Source: Eledone cirrhosa (taxonomy: Eukaryota). From it: a DNA stretch of 64,000 bases. Both the position numbers and the translations under genes were made by a program. The notes beneath the pieces were generated by a model. That model ran no database searches, had not been told where the DNA came from, and was given only the letters and a program-made list of their open reading frames with translations. Location: contig OZ024742.1 in assembly GCA_964016885.1 (NCBI GenBank), forward strand, positions 104,408,001 through 104,472,000. The letters run 5' to 3'. Shown in pieces: positions 13,183-24,995 of this stretch. Positions within the stretch are counted from its first letter, which is position 1; each line of letters starts with the position of its first letter.

Positions 13183-14265
13183 AATAATGATTTCTAATTT
13201 AGGCACAAGGCCAGCAATTTGGGTGGCGGGGGGAAAGTTGATTAAATCGAACCCAGTGCGTTACTGGTAATTTATTTTATTAATCCCATAAGAATGAAAG
13301 GCAAAGCTAACCTAAACGGGATTTGAACTCAGAGTGTTAAGAGCTGTAACTATATGCCACAAAGCATGTTGTCCAAAGATCTACTGATACTGCCAATCCA
13401 ATAATAATTGTCTCTAACATTAGCACAAAAACAGCAATTTGGGGGAAGATGAAAGTTGATTAAATCAACCCCAGTACTTTAGTAGTACTTTATTTTGTTG
13501 ACCTCTTAAAGATGAAAAGTAACGTCAGCCTCAGCGGGATTTGAACTGAAAAGATTAAGAGATGTAACCAACTACTTAGAAGCATTTTCCCTGCACTCTA
13601 ATCATTCTACCAATCCACTGCCCTATGACTATTAGTAATAATAATATTGAGTTGTTTGGGGGAGGGGGTTATACAAGGGCATGAAGAACATAGTTTTGAA
13701 GGTTTAGTCAAATATATTGAGCCAATGCAAGACTGATATTCTATTTCAAACACAAAGATAAAAATACATAACTGATTCTGGCAGGATTTGAAATTAGCAC
13801 ATAAAAGTATTTTGCTCAATGTCCTGCTTATTCCGTAACCCACTTCCCAATTGCTAATAATAACTGTTTCTTCTTTTGGCACAAGACCAGCAATTTGAAG
13901 GGAAGAGGAAAGTCGATTAAATCGACCCCAGAGAATTACTGGTACTTTATTTTATTGACTCTGGAAGGACAAAAGAAAAAGTTAACCTTAATGGGATTTG
14001 AACTCAGAACGTAAAGGGGTGTAACTATATGCCACAAAGCATGTTGTCCTACCAATACTGCCAATCCTCTACCCTACCCAATTGCTAATAATGATAACAA
14101 TAACTAATGATTTCTAATTTAGGCACAAAGCCAGCCTTACAAGCTCTGTAAGGATGAAAGACAAAATAGACTGTGATAGAATTTGAAACCAGAACATAAA
14201 GAAGCAAAACAAATGCAGCAAAACATTTTTTCTGACACTCTAATGGCTCTACCAATTCACAACCT
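13183..14265 (-). mobile_element. Head-to-tail cluster of five SINE family A copies
   Basis: GATTTGAA B-box reverse complements near 13320, 13540, 13785, 13996 and 14180, separated by (AAT)n tails. Confidence 0.85.
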
Positions 14266-14492
14266 TTATATTAACAAAACAAGCAATGATGAATTTCTAA
14301 TACAGCCAGTGACAGAACTTCTCCATAAGTCAATCTGCTCAATGTGATAGTCATATTTTATGGCCAGATGTTCTAATAGACAGTATCTGCTACATCACTG
14401 AATAAAAGATGAACGTTAGATGAAGCTAATTCCAGATATTAATTAGACAACCAGGGTGCATGACTGAATGTTGAAGCTCTGAAGATGTTTAA

Positions 14493-14713
14493 CCCTTTAG
14501 CATTTAAACTGGCCGTATCTGGCCAGAATTCTCTCACCTCTTTCTGTTCCAACCAACTGTAACTGGCCACTGATACTGACATTAAGGTATTGTTCTCAAA
14601 ATAAATAACATCAAAATCCCATAGATTCCATATTATATGAGATAATTATGTAAGTTAAAGTCTTTATTACAAAAATACAATAGTATATATAGAGTAATGT
14701 AAATGCTAAAGGG
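14493..14713. mobile_element. piggyBac-type MITE family 1
   Basis: TTAA|CCCTTTAGCATTT...AAATGCTAAAGGG|TTAA; five copies in the window. Confidence 0.9.
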
Positions 14714-14883
14714 TTAATGACTACTCTCTTGTCGTAGGTAGGTCCATTTCAGTATATCATGTTGAATATCAACAATAGGGGAAGTCTCTATATAATTGCA
14801 GAACCTGTAAAACTGCCCTCAAATCATGCCCTTTTATAAAGAAAATTGATACATTAGATAGTGTAGTCCTTGGTATACTATAA

Positions 14884-15305
14884 GGCAGCAACTTGGCAGA
14901 GTTGTTAACGCATCAAATTTAAAATGCCTTGGTATTTGTTCTAGCTCAGTGCTCTGACTTCAAAAACCATCAGATCTCTATTGTCCCAATGTATATTCCG
15001 TTCAAGGACGGCAAATTGGCAGTATTCGTTTCAGCTCTCTACTCTCCAAGTTCAAATCACCAAGGTCAACTTTGCCTTTCATCCATTCAAGATCGATAAA
15101 AAGTACCTGTCTAGTACTGGGGATGATTCTTCCTCTGTGTCTCTTTCTCCCCTCCTTTCTTTCACTTTCTATCCTTCTCTGGAAGAAATCTGCTGTATTC
15201 AGACCTAGTGAGGAGATGGGCTCCACCAGGTTTTTAAAAATGCCCTAGAAATGCCGTATGTCAATACAGTACCCCAACGACTCCCTCAGGAGTTACGAGA
15301 ATATG
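14884..15305 (+). mobile_element. SINE A head fragment followed by SINE A2
   Basis: GGCAAATTGGCAG..AGTTCAAAT..GTCAACTTTGCCTTTCATCC..GAGATGGGCTCCACCAGG. Confidence 0.8.
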
Positions 15306-15469
15306 CTTGTTATGCTATATTCCATTCCTTATAATTTAACACTGAGCAGTTATTTTGAACAGAAATGGTTTCACTAGTGATAAATTAGCTAATTGATACA
15401 AAGAAATATTTCTAATTAATTCTAAATGTTCATTGTAACAGCAATCCATATAAAAAGTATTCGTTTATA

Positions 15470-15917
15470 ATATAGGTACAAGATGAGAAGAAAAAATAAT
15501 GGGGGGAGGGCAGATGAGTTGATTAAATTGACTCCAGTACTTGGTTGGTATATAATTTTATCCAGCTTGAAAAAAATGAAAGGCAAAGTTGATTTTGGCA
15601 GGATTTGAACCAGAATGGTAAAGAACAGGAACAAATGCTGCTAAGAATTTTGTCCAATCAAATAATTCTGCCAATCTAATCATTATAATGATGGTTTCTA
15701 ATTTAGTCAGAAGGCCATCAATTTTGGAGAAGAGCACTTTTTGGAGAAGAGGAAAGTTAATTACAGCACTTTACTTGTACTTTATTATATCGGCAATGAA
15801 AGGACAAAAAGCAAAGTTGACCTCGGTAGGATTTGAACTCAGAACATAAAGTGCCATAACTAAATGCTCCAAAGTATTTTGTCCGACATTTTAATGATTC
15901 TGTTAATACACCACCCT
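15470..15917 (-). mobile_element. Two SINE family A copies
   Basis: TGAAAGG..AAAGTTGA..GGATTTGAAC motif present twice. Confidence 0.8.
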
Positions 15918-16076
15918 ATTACATACACTAATAACAAAAATAAACTAAAACAAATCACTAAAAAGAGCATTACTTAGTCAAGCTGAACAGATTAGAGCGA
16001 CGAAAGTTAGTTTCCATCCCAGGCTTGGATTGAGAAATCCATGGATATCACAGTTTTAACCACCTCCACTACTACT

Positions 16077-16078
<2 letters not shown>

Positions 16079-16165
<87 letters not shown>

Positions 16166-16176
16166 AGAGAGAGAGA
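16079..16176. repeat. (TG)n(AG)n microsatellite
   Basis: Perfect TG run of about 84 bp. Confidence 0.99.
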
Positions 16177-16765
16177 GGGATCACTCAACAGAAAAAAAAA
16201 AATCAATATTACTTTACAACGGTGGCTTTTTTTTTTTATATAACTTCAACAGTGTCTAACATCTCTAGCCCCTCTGGAGTATAGCCCTGTTGAAATACAT
16301 ACAATATGTTCAGCATCTTTAGTTTATCGTATTTATTTGCCTTTGTATTATGGCCATTTTTTCCAAGTTATGTTGACACTAGATAGCAACAACTGTGTCA
16401 AACACATGTGTGTACTACTACATCCATATCTCCTTTCTATTTGACATTAAGTCTTCCGTTGCCATGGCATGTGTTACTGAAAATAGCAGAGTAGTAAAAA
16501 GAAGAAAAAAAAAAATAATAATTGCACTAACTAAATGTAACTTTTAAATGGAAAATATTAACCCTTTTATTTCCATATTTCTAATAAAAAAAACATTGTA
16601 TTTAAATTGATTACTGAAGAATTTGGAGGGATTTGCTAAAAATTTATTTCAATGAGTAAGATGTTATTTTTAACATAACAAAAGGTTCTTATGATGTAAA
16701 ATTTCAATTTAAATGAGAACAATTTAAAATGGGTGGTTTTGTTCCATAAAAGTAGATGATATCTG

Positions 16766-16950
16766 AGGGTAGTGGATTGCCAATAATGGTAGCACATTGG
16801 AAAAAATACTTTGTGACATTTAGTTATGACTCCAAGTTCTGAATTCAAGCTCCGCTGAAGTCAACTTTGTCTTTCATCTTTCCACGCCTGATAAAGTTAA
16901 GTACCAGTAACACACTGGGATCGATTTGTGCCTATAGTGGAAATCATTAT
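16766..16950 (+). mobile_element. SINE family A, between two partial MITE family 2 copies
   Basis: GGGTAGTGGATTG..GTCAACTTTGTCTTTCATC..GTACCAGTAACACACTGGGATCGAT. Confidence 0.8.
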
Positions 16951-17670
16951 TAAGATGGTATTTGTAATATGATTTAACAAAAGGTTTATATCAAATTATG
17001 TTGAAATATTTCAATTTAAATAGAAACTCTTGAGAGTGGGTTGTTTGTATTCATAAGAACCAAGGATGTTTGGGGCAGGTTGGTGTAAGAAAGGTTAATT
17101 TAATAAAAATAAAAAAAAGGCAAGAGAGAGAAAAAGAGAAACTCCATCATTGATTATAGAAAGGGAAAAAAATGTTTTAAAAAATGCATTTACCCTTTTC
17201 ATTGTATCTGTTTCTTGCCACCTTAACAAATGATAACTGATGTGAATGGTAGTCCTTTTTTTTTCAGAATGAGAAATAAACTGATGTAGTTTAAGAACAC
17301 TATATTTTTATCTCATACGACTGTCTGCTTACGTTTTCCAGGAAATACCAGGCAATTTGTACTTTCCTCAATATAAGGAAAAAGAAAAAAAACCTCTTGC
17401 TTAACAAAGAAAAACACTTAGAAAGGATGGGTTGAGAACTTTGAAATAAGAAGTGCCTTGAGAGCTAAGTGTAAGGAAAGCATGTCTTTAATAGGGAATT
17501 TTAATAAAATCTACGTTAACGTAAGTGTTTGTATGCATGTATATACATACACACACATATACATACATGTAGATATAATTCTGAGAGATTTAGTAACTGA
17601 ACCAGTTTTTTTCAAGTGATTCAATATTTAGATCACAATCTGAGTGTTTTCTAAATATATATATATATAT

Positions 17671-17858
17671 ATATAGATGAGATTCTACAGGACTAGAACT
17701 GTTTCATTCTTTAGAAATCATCAGGAATCTCTGATGATTTCTAAAGAATGAAACAGTTCTAGTCCTGTAGAATCTCATCTATATTAACACTTTTATACTC
17801 TGCAATGTATTGAGTACCTTACTTACTGTGGTTACCTCCGATTCAACCCGGAATAACG
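17671..17858 (+). mobile_element. Fold-back hammerhead cassette between (TA)n tracts (PLE pLTR-like)
   Basis: Perfect 54-bp inverted arms 17671-17724 / 17731-17784, 6-nt loop, about 75-nt unique 3' extension to (TA)n. Confidence 0.8.
17679..17731 (-). ncRNA. Type I hammerhead ribozyme candidate
   Basis: gagattc-CTGATGA-tttctaaagaat-GAAA-cag-ttctagtc-ct-GTA-gaatctc: 7-bp stem I, 4-bp stem III, GUA cleavage triplet, weak stem II (U-U base plus 3 bp). Confidence 0.7.
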
Positions 17859-17886
17859 TATATATATATATATATATATATATATA

Positions 17887-18191
17887 CCAAGATAATAATA
17901 AATGGAAACTATATTTATAAAACCATATTTATTTTATTATATATATTTCAAGGGCGACCAAGCAAATCTTGATGCACTTTCATCAGATAAAATACAAAAT
18001 TTGTTTTATAAATAATGACATAGCCATGGAAATCGCACTTTAACGGTCCGAAAATTCGTTGTATAGTGGAGACTTATTATGGGTAATTCAAAGTTATGTG
18101 TGAATATGCAAATGAATGTATGAAAAATTGAAAAAAACAACCGTTTATTTAAATTACGGTGGGGGAGGATGAGAAGAAATTAAATACTCCT

Positions 18192-18192
<1 letters not shown>
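17887..18192 (-). mobile_element. Hammerhead-bearing cassette (PLE 3' end-like) between microsatellites
   Basis: Unique sequence with CpGs, bounded by (TA)n and (CA)(TA)n; the hammerhead lies about 43 nt from the (TA)n-abutting 3' end. Confidence 0.6.
17930..17994 (-). ncRNA. Type I hammerhead ribozyme with intact core
   Basis: tattttat-CTGATGA-aagtgcatcaag/atttg/cttggtcgccctt-GAAA-t-atat-ATA-ataaaata: perfect 8-bp stem I, about 11-bp stem II, 2-bp stem III with palindromic ATAT loop, AUA triplet. Confidence 0.85.
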
Positions 18193-18254
<62 letters not shown>

Positions 18255-18264
18255 TATATATATA

Positions 18265-18312
18265 GTGTCCGAAACATTAAGACTCTTTTCCTATTATTTC
18301 AAGCATTAAGCT
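18265..18312 (+). mobile_element. Tiny pLTR-like remnant with the 3' half of a hammerhead motif
   Basis: gtgtcc-GAAAC-att..., flanked by (TA)n on both sides; the CTGANGA half is missing. Confidence 0.35.
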
Positions 18313-18327
18313 TATATATACATATAT

Positions 18328-20448
18328 AACTTTAGAGTTGGTATCATGGACGTAGGCACATTGAAAGGCCGCTCAAATAAGGTTGTAGAGATGCTTGAAC
18401 GTAAGGAAGTTGATGTTTGTTGTGTTCAAGAGGCTAGGTGGAGAGGTGGGTCTGCTAGATTCCTTGTGGGTAAAAAACGATGCTATAAACTTTTCTGGGT
18501 GGGAAATGACAACGGACTGGGTGGAGTAGAAATTATGTTAGCTGGAAAATGGATAGATAAGGTAATTGATGTAAATAGAGTGAATGACAGAATAATTAAA
18601 ATAAGACTAGTTCTAAATAGAACTACTATGACAATAATATCCACTTATGCACCCCAATCTGGTCTACCTGACGTTATAAAGGACAGGTTCTATTAGTCGT
18701 TAATGCACACTACCTCCCAAATAACCGACAGCGACTACTTAATTATTGCTGGCGATCTAAATGGTCACATTGGACAACATAGTGATGGCTATGATGGAAT
18801 CCATGGAGGCTATGGGTTTGGTAATAGAAATGAGGAAGGCTTCAGAATTCTGTGACACCAATAACCTAACTATCTGTAACACAAACTTCAAAAAACGAGA
18901 AAATCACTTGATCATCTATAGATCAGGGGAACACGCCAGATAGATTATATCCTTACTAGAAGACGTGACAAAGTGTTTGTTGTAAACACTAAATCCCTCC
19001 ACCATAAAAAATGCACCTCCCAACATAGCCTAGTAGTTAGTGACCTCATAGTCAGGAATAGACGTACTCAACGACAGAGGAGGACTACCTTGAGGAGAAG
19101 AATATGGAAGTTGAAGGACCCCATAGCCAGTGACAAATTTAAAAGCTTATTACTTGATGCCTTTGACAATAAGGAAGAGCAATTAGAGACGTACAATATA
19201 GAGGAACAGTGGGAATTCTTGAAAGTGAACCTGCTGAAAGTGACGGATGAAATCTGTGGCTGGAGCAGACCTATTGGCAGGAGGAGAGTAACTTGGTGGT
19301 GGAACAGTAAGGTGGAGAAGACAATCAAGGCCAAAAAGCAAGCTTAGAAAGTATGGCAGAATGGGGGAAGTAGAGAACGCTATCAAGTGGCCAGGAGAGA
19401 AGCTAGGAGACAAGTGTACTTTGCAAAAAGGGAAGCAGAGGATAGAAAGTTCAAGCATGTTCTACAACGTGAGGACCAAAAATGTGAGGTGTTCAGGATT
19501 GCTAGACAATGTGTCAAGGAAAACCGTGATTTTGTCGGGGAGAAGTGTGTCCGTAATGATAATGGTGTACTTGCCCTCACTGATACTGATAAGAAGGTAG
19601 CTTGGAAGTGTCACTATGAGAGACTACTAAATGAGGAGAATAAATGGGAAAAAGATAGTCTGCCCCAAATCGATCCAATAGAAGGACCAGCGGTGCAAGT
19701 TAAAGGTAGTATAATAAGTAAGGCAATCAAAGATATGAAGACAGGCAAGGCAGCTGGGCCTTCGGAGATAGTTGCTGAGATGTTGAAAGCATCTGGAATA
19801 GTGGGACATACTATGGTCACCCGGATAGTAAACCAAGTAATACAGAATGGGATCATACCAAAAGACTGGCGTAGCAGCATCATCATTAACTGCTACATAG
19901 GGGAAACTATAGAGGCATTAAGTTAGTTGACCAGGTCATGAAGGTCACAGAAAGTGTTATAGCGCAACTAATCAGAGAGCGAATTGATCGAGATGAAATG
20001 CAGTTTGGGTTTGTGTCAGGTAAAAGTACCACAGGTGCTCTTTTCCCTGTACGACAACTACAGGAGAAGTACCTAGCTAAAAGTAAACCTCTCTACTTAG
20101 CTTTTGTAGATCTAGGGCCTTTGACAGAGTCCCCCCGCTCCATTATCTAGTGGGCTCTTAGAAAACTAGGTGTAGATGAATGGCTTGTGAGAGCTATACA
20201 AGCCATGTATAAAGAAACAGTCAGTAAAGTTAGAATCAACAATGAATATATAGTGAAGAATTTAGTGTAAAAGTTGGTGTTCATCAAAGCTCTGTTCTTA
20301 GCCCCCTTCTACTTATTATTGCCCTTTAGGCTATAACAGAGGAGTTTAAGACCGGCTGCTCATGGGAACTCCTATACGCAGATGATCTAACTCTCATAGC
20401 TGAATCCATGGCTGAACTAGAGAAGAAATTTTAAACATGAGAGTGTGG
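18328..20448 (+). pseudogene. Degenerate copy of the RTE LINE (endonuclease plus most of RT)
   Basis: Colinear with 54922-57077; multiple stops, frameshifts and small deletions; retains YADD (TACGCAGATGAT); lacks the PHD finger, thumb and 3' tail. Confidence 0.97.
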
Positions 20449-20732
20449 TTAAAATAAGTACTTACCACTTCCGGAAGAATTGTTTGAGTTAAAAAGTCAT
20501 TCTTCTGAAAAGAACAATGAGAAATATGATTAAGTTGGTTAACATATGTAATGTAGTGATAATATTTAATATAGGAACTTGTCTTTTATTGTAAAAAATG
20601 CAAGTGCCTTTTGTGGTTATGAAAATGGAAAAGGAAGAGAAAGGCAAGGGCTCTATGGTCACAGAAGAATGGGAGGGAGAGATGGGGAGGGTGATGGGCA
20701 ATAATAATAACCCAAACAAAATTTCATCAAAT

Positions 20733-21070
20733 GCCTATAGTCTTGTGAAGCTGTTTGTCTATAGTTTTGTGAAGTAGTGCATGCCTAAAGTTTTGTGAAA
20801 CAGTGTCTACCTAGTTTTGTGAAGCAGTGTCTACATAGTCTTGTGAAACCATACCTATAGATTTATGAAGCAGTGTCTGCCTGTGGTTTTATGAAAAAAA
20901 TACTTTCTATACTCTTATGAAACTGTGTTTGCCAATCCAATAATATTGTGGAATCAGGTCTGCTTATAGTCATGTGAAATTGTGTTAACCTATATATATA
21001 TATATACACATGAAATTGTGTTACCTATATACCTATATGAAATTGTCAGCCTATATACTTATGAAACTGT
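20733..21070. repeat. Degenerate minisatellite, about 24-26 bp unit
   Basis: Unit approximately GCCTATAGTYTTGTGAARCAGTGTCT, about 12 copies. Confidence 0.8.
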
Positions 21071-21076
21071 ATCATA

Positions 21077-21212
21077 TAATTGTTTCTACCTTTGGCACGA
21101 GGCCAGCAATTATCCAAGTTAACCTCGGCTGAATTTGAACCCAGATCATAAAGGGAGGTAACTATGCTTCAAAGCATGGTGTCCGACCCTCTACCGATAC
21201 TGCCAATCCACT
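21077..21212 (-). mobile_element. SINE family A, internally deleted
   Basis: TTGGCACGAGGCCAGCAATT..ATTTGAACCCAGATC..CCGATACTGCCAATCCAC. Confidence 0.8.
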
Positions 21213-21398
21213 AGAATGCTATGTACATCTACATTATACATAAGTGTGTATTTTAATAGGCCTTTATATAGACTAAAAATCTTGATTTCTAGAATAACTC
21301 ATACTATTAAAAAAAAATGTATGCAGGTATCTGAGAAAATATGCACTTGGTTATCCATGTGAAATCATGACACTGGTTTACCCACCCACTCACACACA

Positions 21399-21467
<69 letters not shown>

Positions 21468-21783
21468 GAGAGAGAGAGAGCCATATATAAAAATGGGAGC
21501 ATCTGGCAACAATTTTGTCTGATCAGGGGAAAATATAAGGAGAATCAACATTAAAAAAAGGAGTTAATGTATGTATTATATATTATTGAAACTGTAGGTT
21601 TGTGTGTGTGTGTATACATATATATTCTTGTGTGTGTGTACATCAATGTACCTCTTGCAATGGTAAAACACCTACACACAAAAATATAGACATATGAATA
21701 TATATTACATGTATACATCCACACCTTTATACATAATATATATCATTATCATCAGAAACCTTTATCGTTTATTTTCTATGCTT

Positions 21784-21815
21784 ATATACACACGCACACA
21801 CACATATATATATAA

Positions 21816-21848
<33 letters not shown>

Positions 21849-21863
21849 CACACACATATATAA

Positions 21864-21898
<35 letters not shown>

Positions 21899-21907
21899 CA
21901 TATATAA

Positions 21908-21938
<31 letters not shown>

Positions 21939-21998
21939 TATACACACACATACTTATACACACACACATACATACATATATATATACATATATATATA
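21784..21998. repeat. Compound (CA)/(TA) microsatellite
   Basis: Alternating CA and TA runs. Confidence 0.95.
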
Positions 21999-22304
21999 GT
22001 AACAGCATGCAGTAAAATGTTAACTATGAGTAAGAGTGTTAGCTATTTCCTGCTACAGATCTGTGAAGAACTGACAAGTCCATTCTTGGTGTTGTTGCAA
22101 GTCTTTTTAGTCAACATGGAGTCAGGCCTTCCAGAAGTCGGAGCAGCCCAATGCTATCTTACTACAGGTAGCTCCCCACCTCCATGAAAAATAACATAGC
22201 TCCACCAAATAATAAAATAATTATAATAATAAAATAATAATAATAAAATAATAATAATGAAAATAATGATTTCTTTTATTTTATATATTTTTAATAATAA
22301 TAAG

Positions 22305-22742
22305 AATAATTGTTTCTACATTTGGCACATGATCAGTAATTTTAAGGGAAGGGGAAAGTCGATTATATCAACCCCAGTGTGTTACTGGTACTTTATTTTA
22401 TCAACCCTCGTAAGGATGAAAGGCAAAGCTAACCACGGCAGGATCTGAACTCAGAATGTAAAGGGCTATAACTCTATGCCACAAAGCATGTTGTCCAACA
22501 CTACCAATACTGCCAATAATGATGATAATAATAATGGTTTCTTACGTAGGCACAAGGCCAGCAATTTTGGGAGAGGGGAAAGTCAATTAAATCGACCCCA
22601 GTGCATGACTGGTACTTTATTTGATTGACCCCGTAAGGATGAAAGGCAAAGCCAACCTCAGCGGGATTTGAACTCAGCCCATAAAAGGGTCGTAACTCTA
22701 TGCTGCAAAGCATGGCGTCCGATACTGCCAATCCACTGCCCT
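22305..22742 (-). mobile_element. Two tandem SINE family A copies
   Basis: Two well-preserved copies separated by (AAT)n. Confidence 0.9.
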
Positions 22743-23479
22743 AATAATAATATGTGTTGTATGAATACTTACAACCATTTGTTAAATGATGATCATGGAT
22801 GATGTATTAATGGAGTTGGGACTTGTGGGAATGAGAGTGGTGTAGCTGTTGTTGTTGTTGGGAGTAGTGGTGGGAGTGGTGGATGGTAGGAGTGAAGCAG
22901 TGGTGTGTTGTTGACGGGGGGGGGGCATGTGTGGGAGGAGTAGAGTGGTGCTGTGGTTGTTATTATTGTCAGTGTGGTGGTGGTGGTGGTGGTGGTGGTG
23001 ATGGTGGTAGAAGGAATCTTTCCTCCTGGTGATTTTTTCTTTTCTTTTTGTTCTTTCAAATTAAATAACCAGCAGATGTAGGCAATGGGAGTGTGTGTGT
23101 GTGGGGGGGGCTAGCAAAAAGTGAAAAAGGGTAAAAAGAAAACAGAAAAAAAGAATCAGATAGAAATAGTGTCAGTTGAGAAGGGATGTTTGGTGGTGGT
23201 GTGGGTGTATTGCAAAGGGGGCTAGGGTAACTTGTGGAGGTCTGATGTAACAGGGAAAGGGAGAGTTAGATTTGGTGGAACAGAGACAGAGAAGGGGGTC
23301 ATAGAATAATAAAACAGGGTTCTATGTAGAAAAGAAAGGGAGTGTAGGATAAAGAGAATGAAAATTGAATGTGAGATGAAGAGAAAGATAAAGACAGCAA
23401 GAGAGGGGGAGTAAAAAAAGAGAACGGAAAGAGAGTATGAAAAGGGAGAGAAAGACAGCAAGGGGGGGGGGGGAGTAGC

Positions 23480-23481
<2 letters not shown>

Positions 23482-23561
<80 letters not shown>
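23482..23561. repeat. (AG)n microsatellite in a purine-rich low-complexity region
   Basis: Perfect run. Confidence 0.99.
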
Positions 23562-23565
<4 letters not shown>

Positions 23566-24394
23566 TTGGGAAAACAGAATGGATGGAGAGATACAATTTT
23601 ATTTTTTGCCACTGACTCAGGGACCCCCTCCACTCATATCTGAATACCTTCCCAACTGCTCTTAAATACACAAATACAAACATAAAACTCCAAAGTGGCC
23701 AGTGAGAAGATCAAATTATATCAGTTCCTAGAAATCGAAAGAGTGTAATATGAAGGAGAGGTTTGATGAAATTCATAGGAAATTTGGAAATTCTGAATTT
23801 GAATAGTTTAAAATTTTTTGCGAAACATATATGACTATATGACTGAAAGTATATGTGTGCATGCGTGTGAGCAGATGTGTAATCTATGTGTATGCATCCA
23901 TGTGAAAGTGAAGTGTGCATACACAAATGTGTGAGAATGTACAAGTGTGTGTGTTTGTGTGTGTGTGTGTTTATGTGGGTTAATGAGTGTATGCATATAA
24001 AAGACAAAGAAAGATATGAATGGAAGGAGGGTGGAGTGAGATAGAAGGATAAGAAGAAAGAGTATGAGAGTAGGGGAAGAGAAATGAGAGAGTAGAAAGT
24101 AATGGTGGAATGGTGATGAAGACAGAGAGAAAGAGATGGTGGAAAGAGAGAAAGAGAAAATGAAAAGAGAGAAAGAGAAATAAAGGTTAGATTGCCAGAG
24201 TGAGTCAGAAGCAATATTGATCAGTGTGATAGGAGTGGTGAGAAATTAAGGTCCAATGGAACAATGTCCAAGCTATTATAATGGTCACCAGAGAAGATTA
24301 TTGACTGAACCCATCTTGGAAATAAACAACCAAGGAGGAGAAAGAAAAGCAACAGTCAGAGCAAAGACAACAACTTAACATGTGTTGGAGCCCT

Positions 24395-24655
24395 GTCAGC
24401 TCTGACAAATGTTTCAGTTGTTTGATCAATGGGATAGCCTGCTCTTGAAATTAAAGGGCAAATGGCTAAGCACTCCACCGATGTGTACCCTTAATATAAT
24501 TCTCAGGGAATTCAGTATAACACAGTGTGTGGCATGGCTGACCATTTGAAATACAGGAGCAACTCATTTTTGCCAGCTGAATTGACTGGAACAATGTGAA
24601 ATAAAGTGTCTTCCTGAAAGACACAAACAACTACTGAGAATTGAACTCATAACCA
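24395..24655 (-). mobile_element. tRNA-derived SINE family D
   Basis: Shares GCCTGCTC.TGAAATTAA..TGGCT.AG.A.TCC..TTTGAA.TACAGG with 38995-39285 (-) and 44150-44310 (+); head has a GAGTTCAATTC B-box and the same TTATTTCACATTG body as family B. Confidence 0.8.
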
Positions 24656-24755
24656 TACACTCCTTACACAAACAGCATAACAATTAAACCATCCACTTTC
24701 ACACAACAGTAACAACACACATATTAATGAATCTCTTCTTTGATTAGTGGTATAA

Positions 24756-24995
24756 CCCTTTCGTTACTATATTTCTCATGAAATATACTGCCTATGTCTA
24801 TCAATTAATTTTGAAAAAAAATTTTAATTTAATGAAATATCTAACCCTTTCATTAGTTAGTTGATGTCTGAAACATTATTAAGATATTTCGTCAACAAAA
24901 TTATGGAATGTTTTAATATAAGTACAAACAATTTAAAACGAACAGTTGTGTATCATAAAACCAGGAAAGTTTCAGGCAGTTTGTTTCTAAAAGGG
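24756..24995. mobile_element. piggyBac-type MITE family 2
   Basis: TAA|CCCTTTCGTTAC...AAAAGGG|TTAA; AT-rich body shared with 26266, 26505, 26984, 36890, 43054, 60791 and 1-200. Confidence 0.75.

Noticed and set aside
22059-22197. Possible plus-strand exon after TTTCCTGCTACAG
   Set aside because: The short frame has no recognisable homology, a weak donor and no partner exons.
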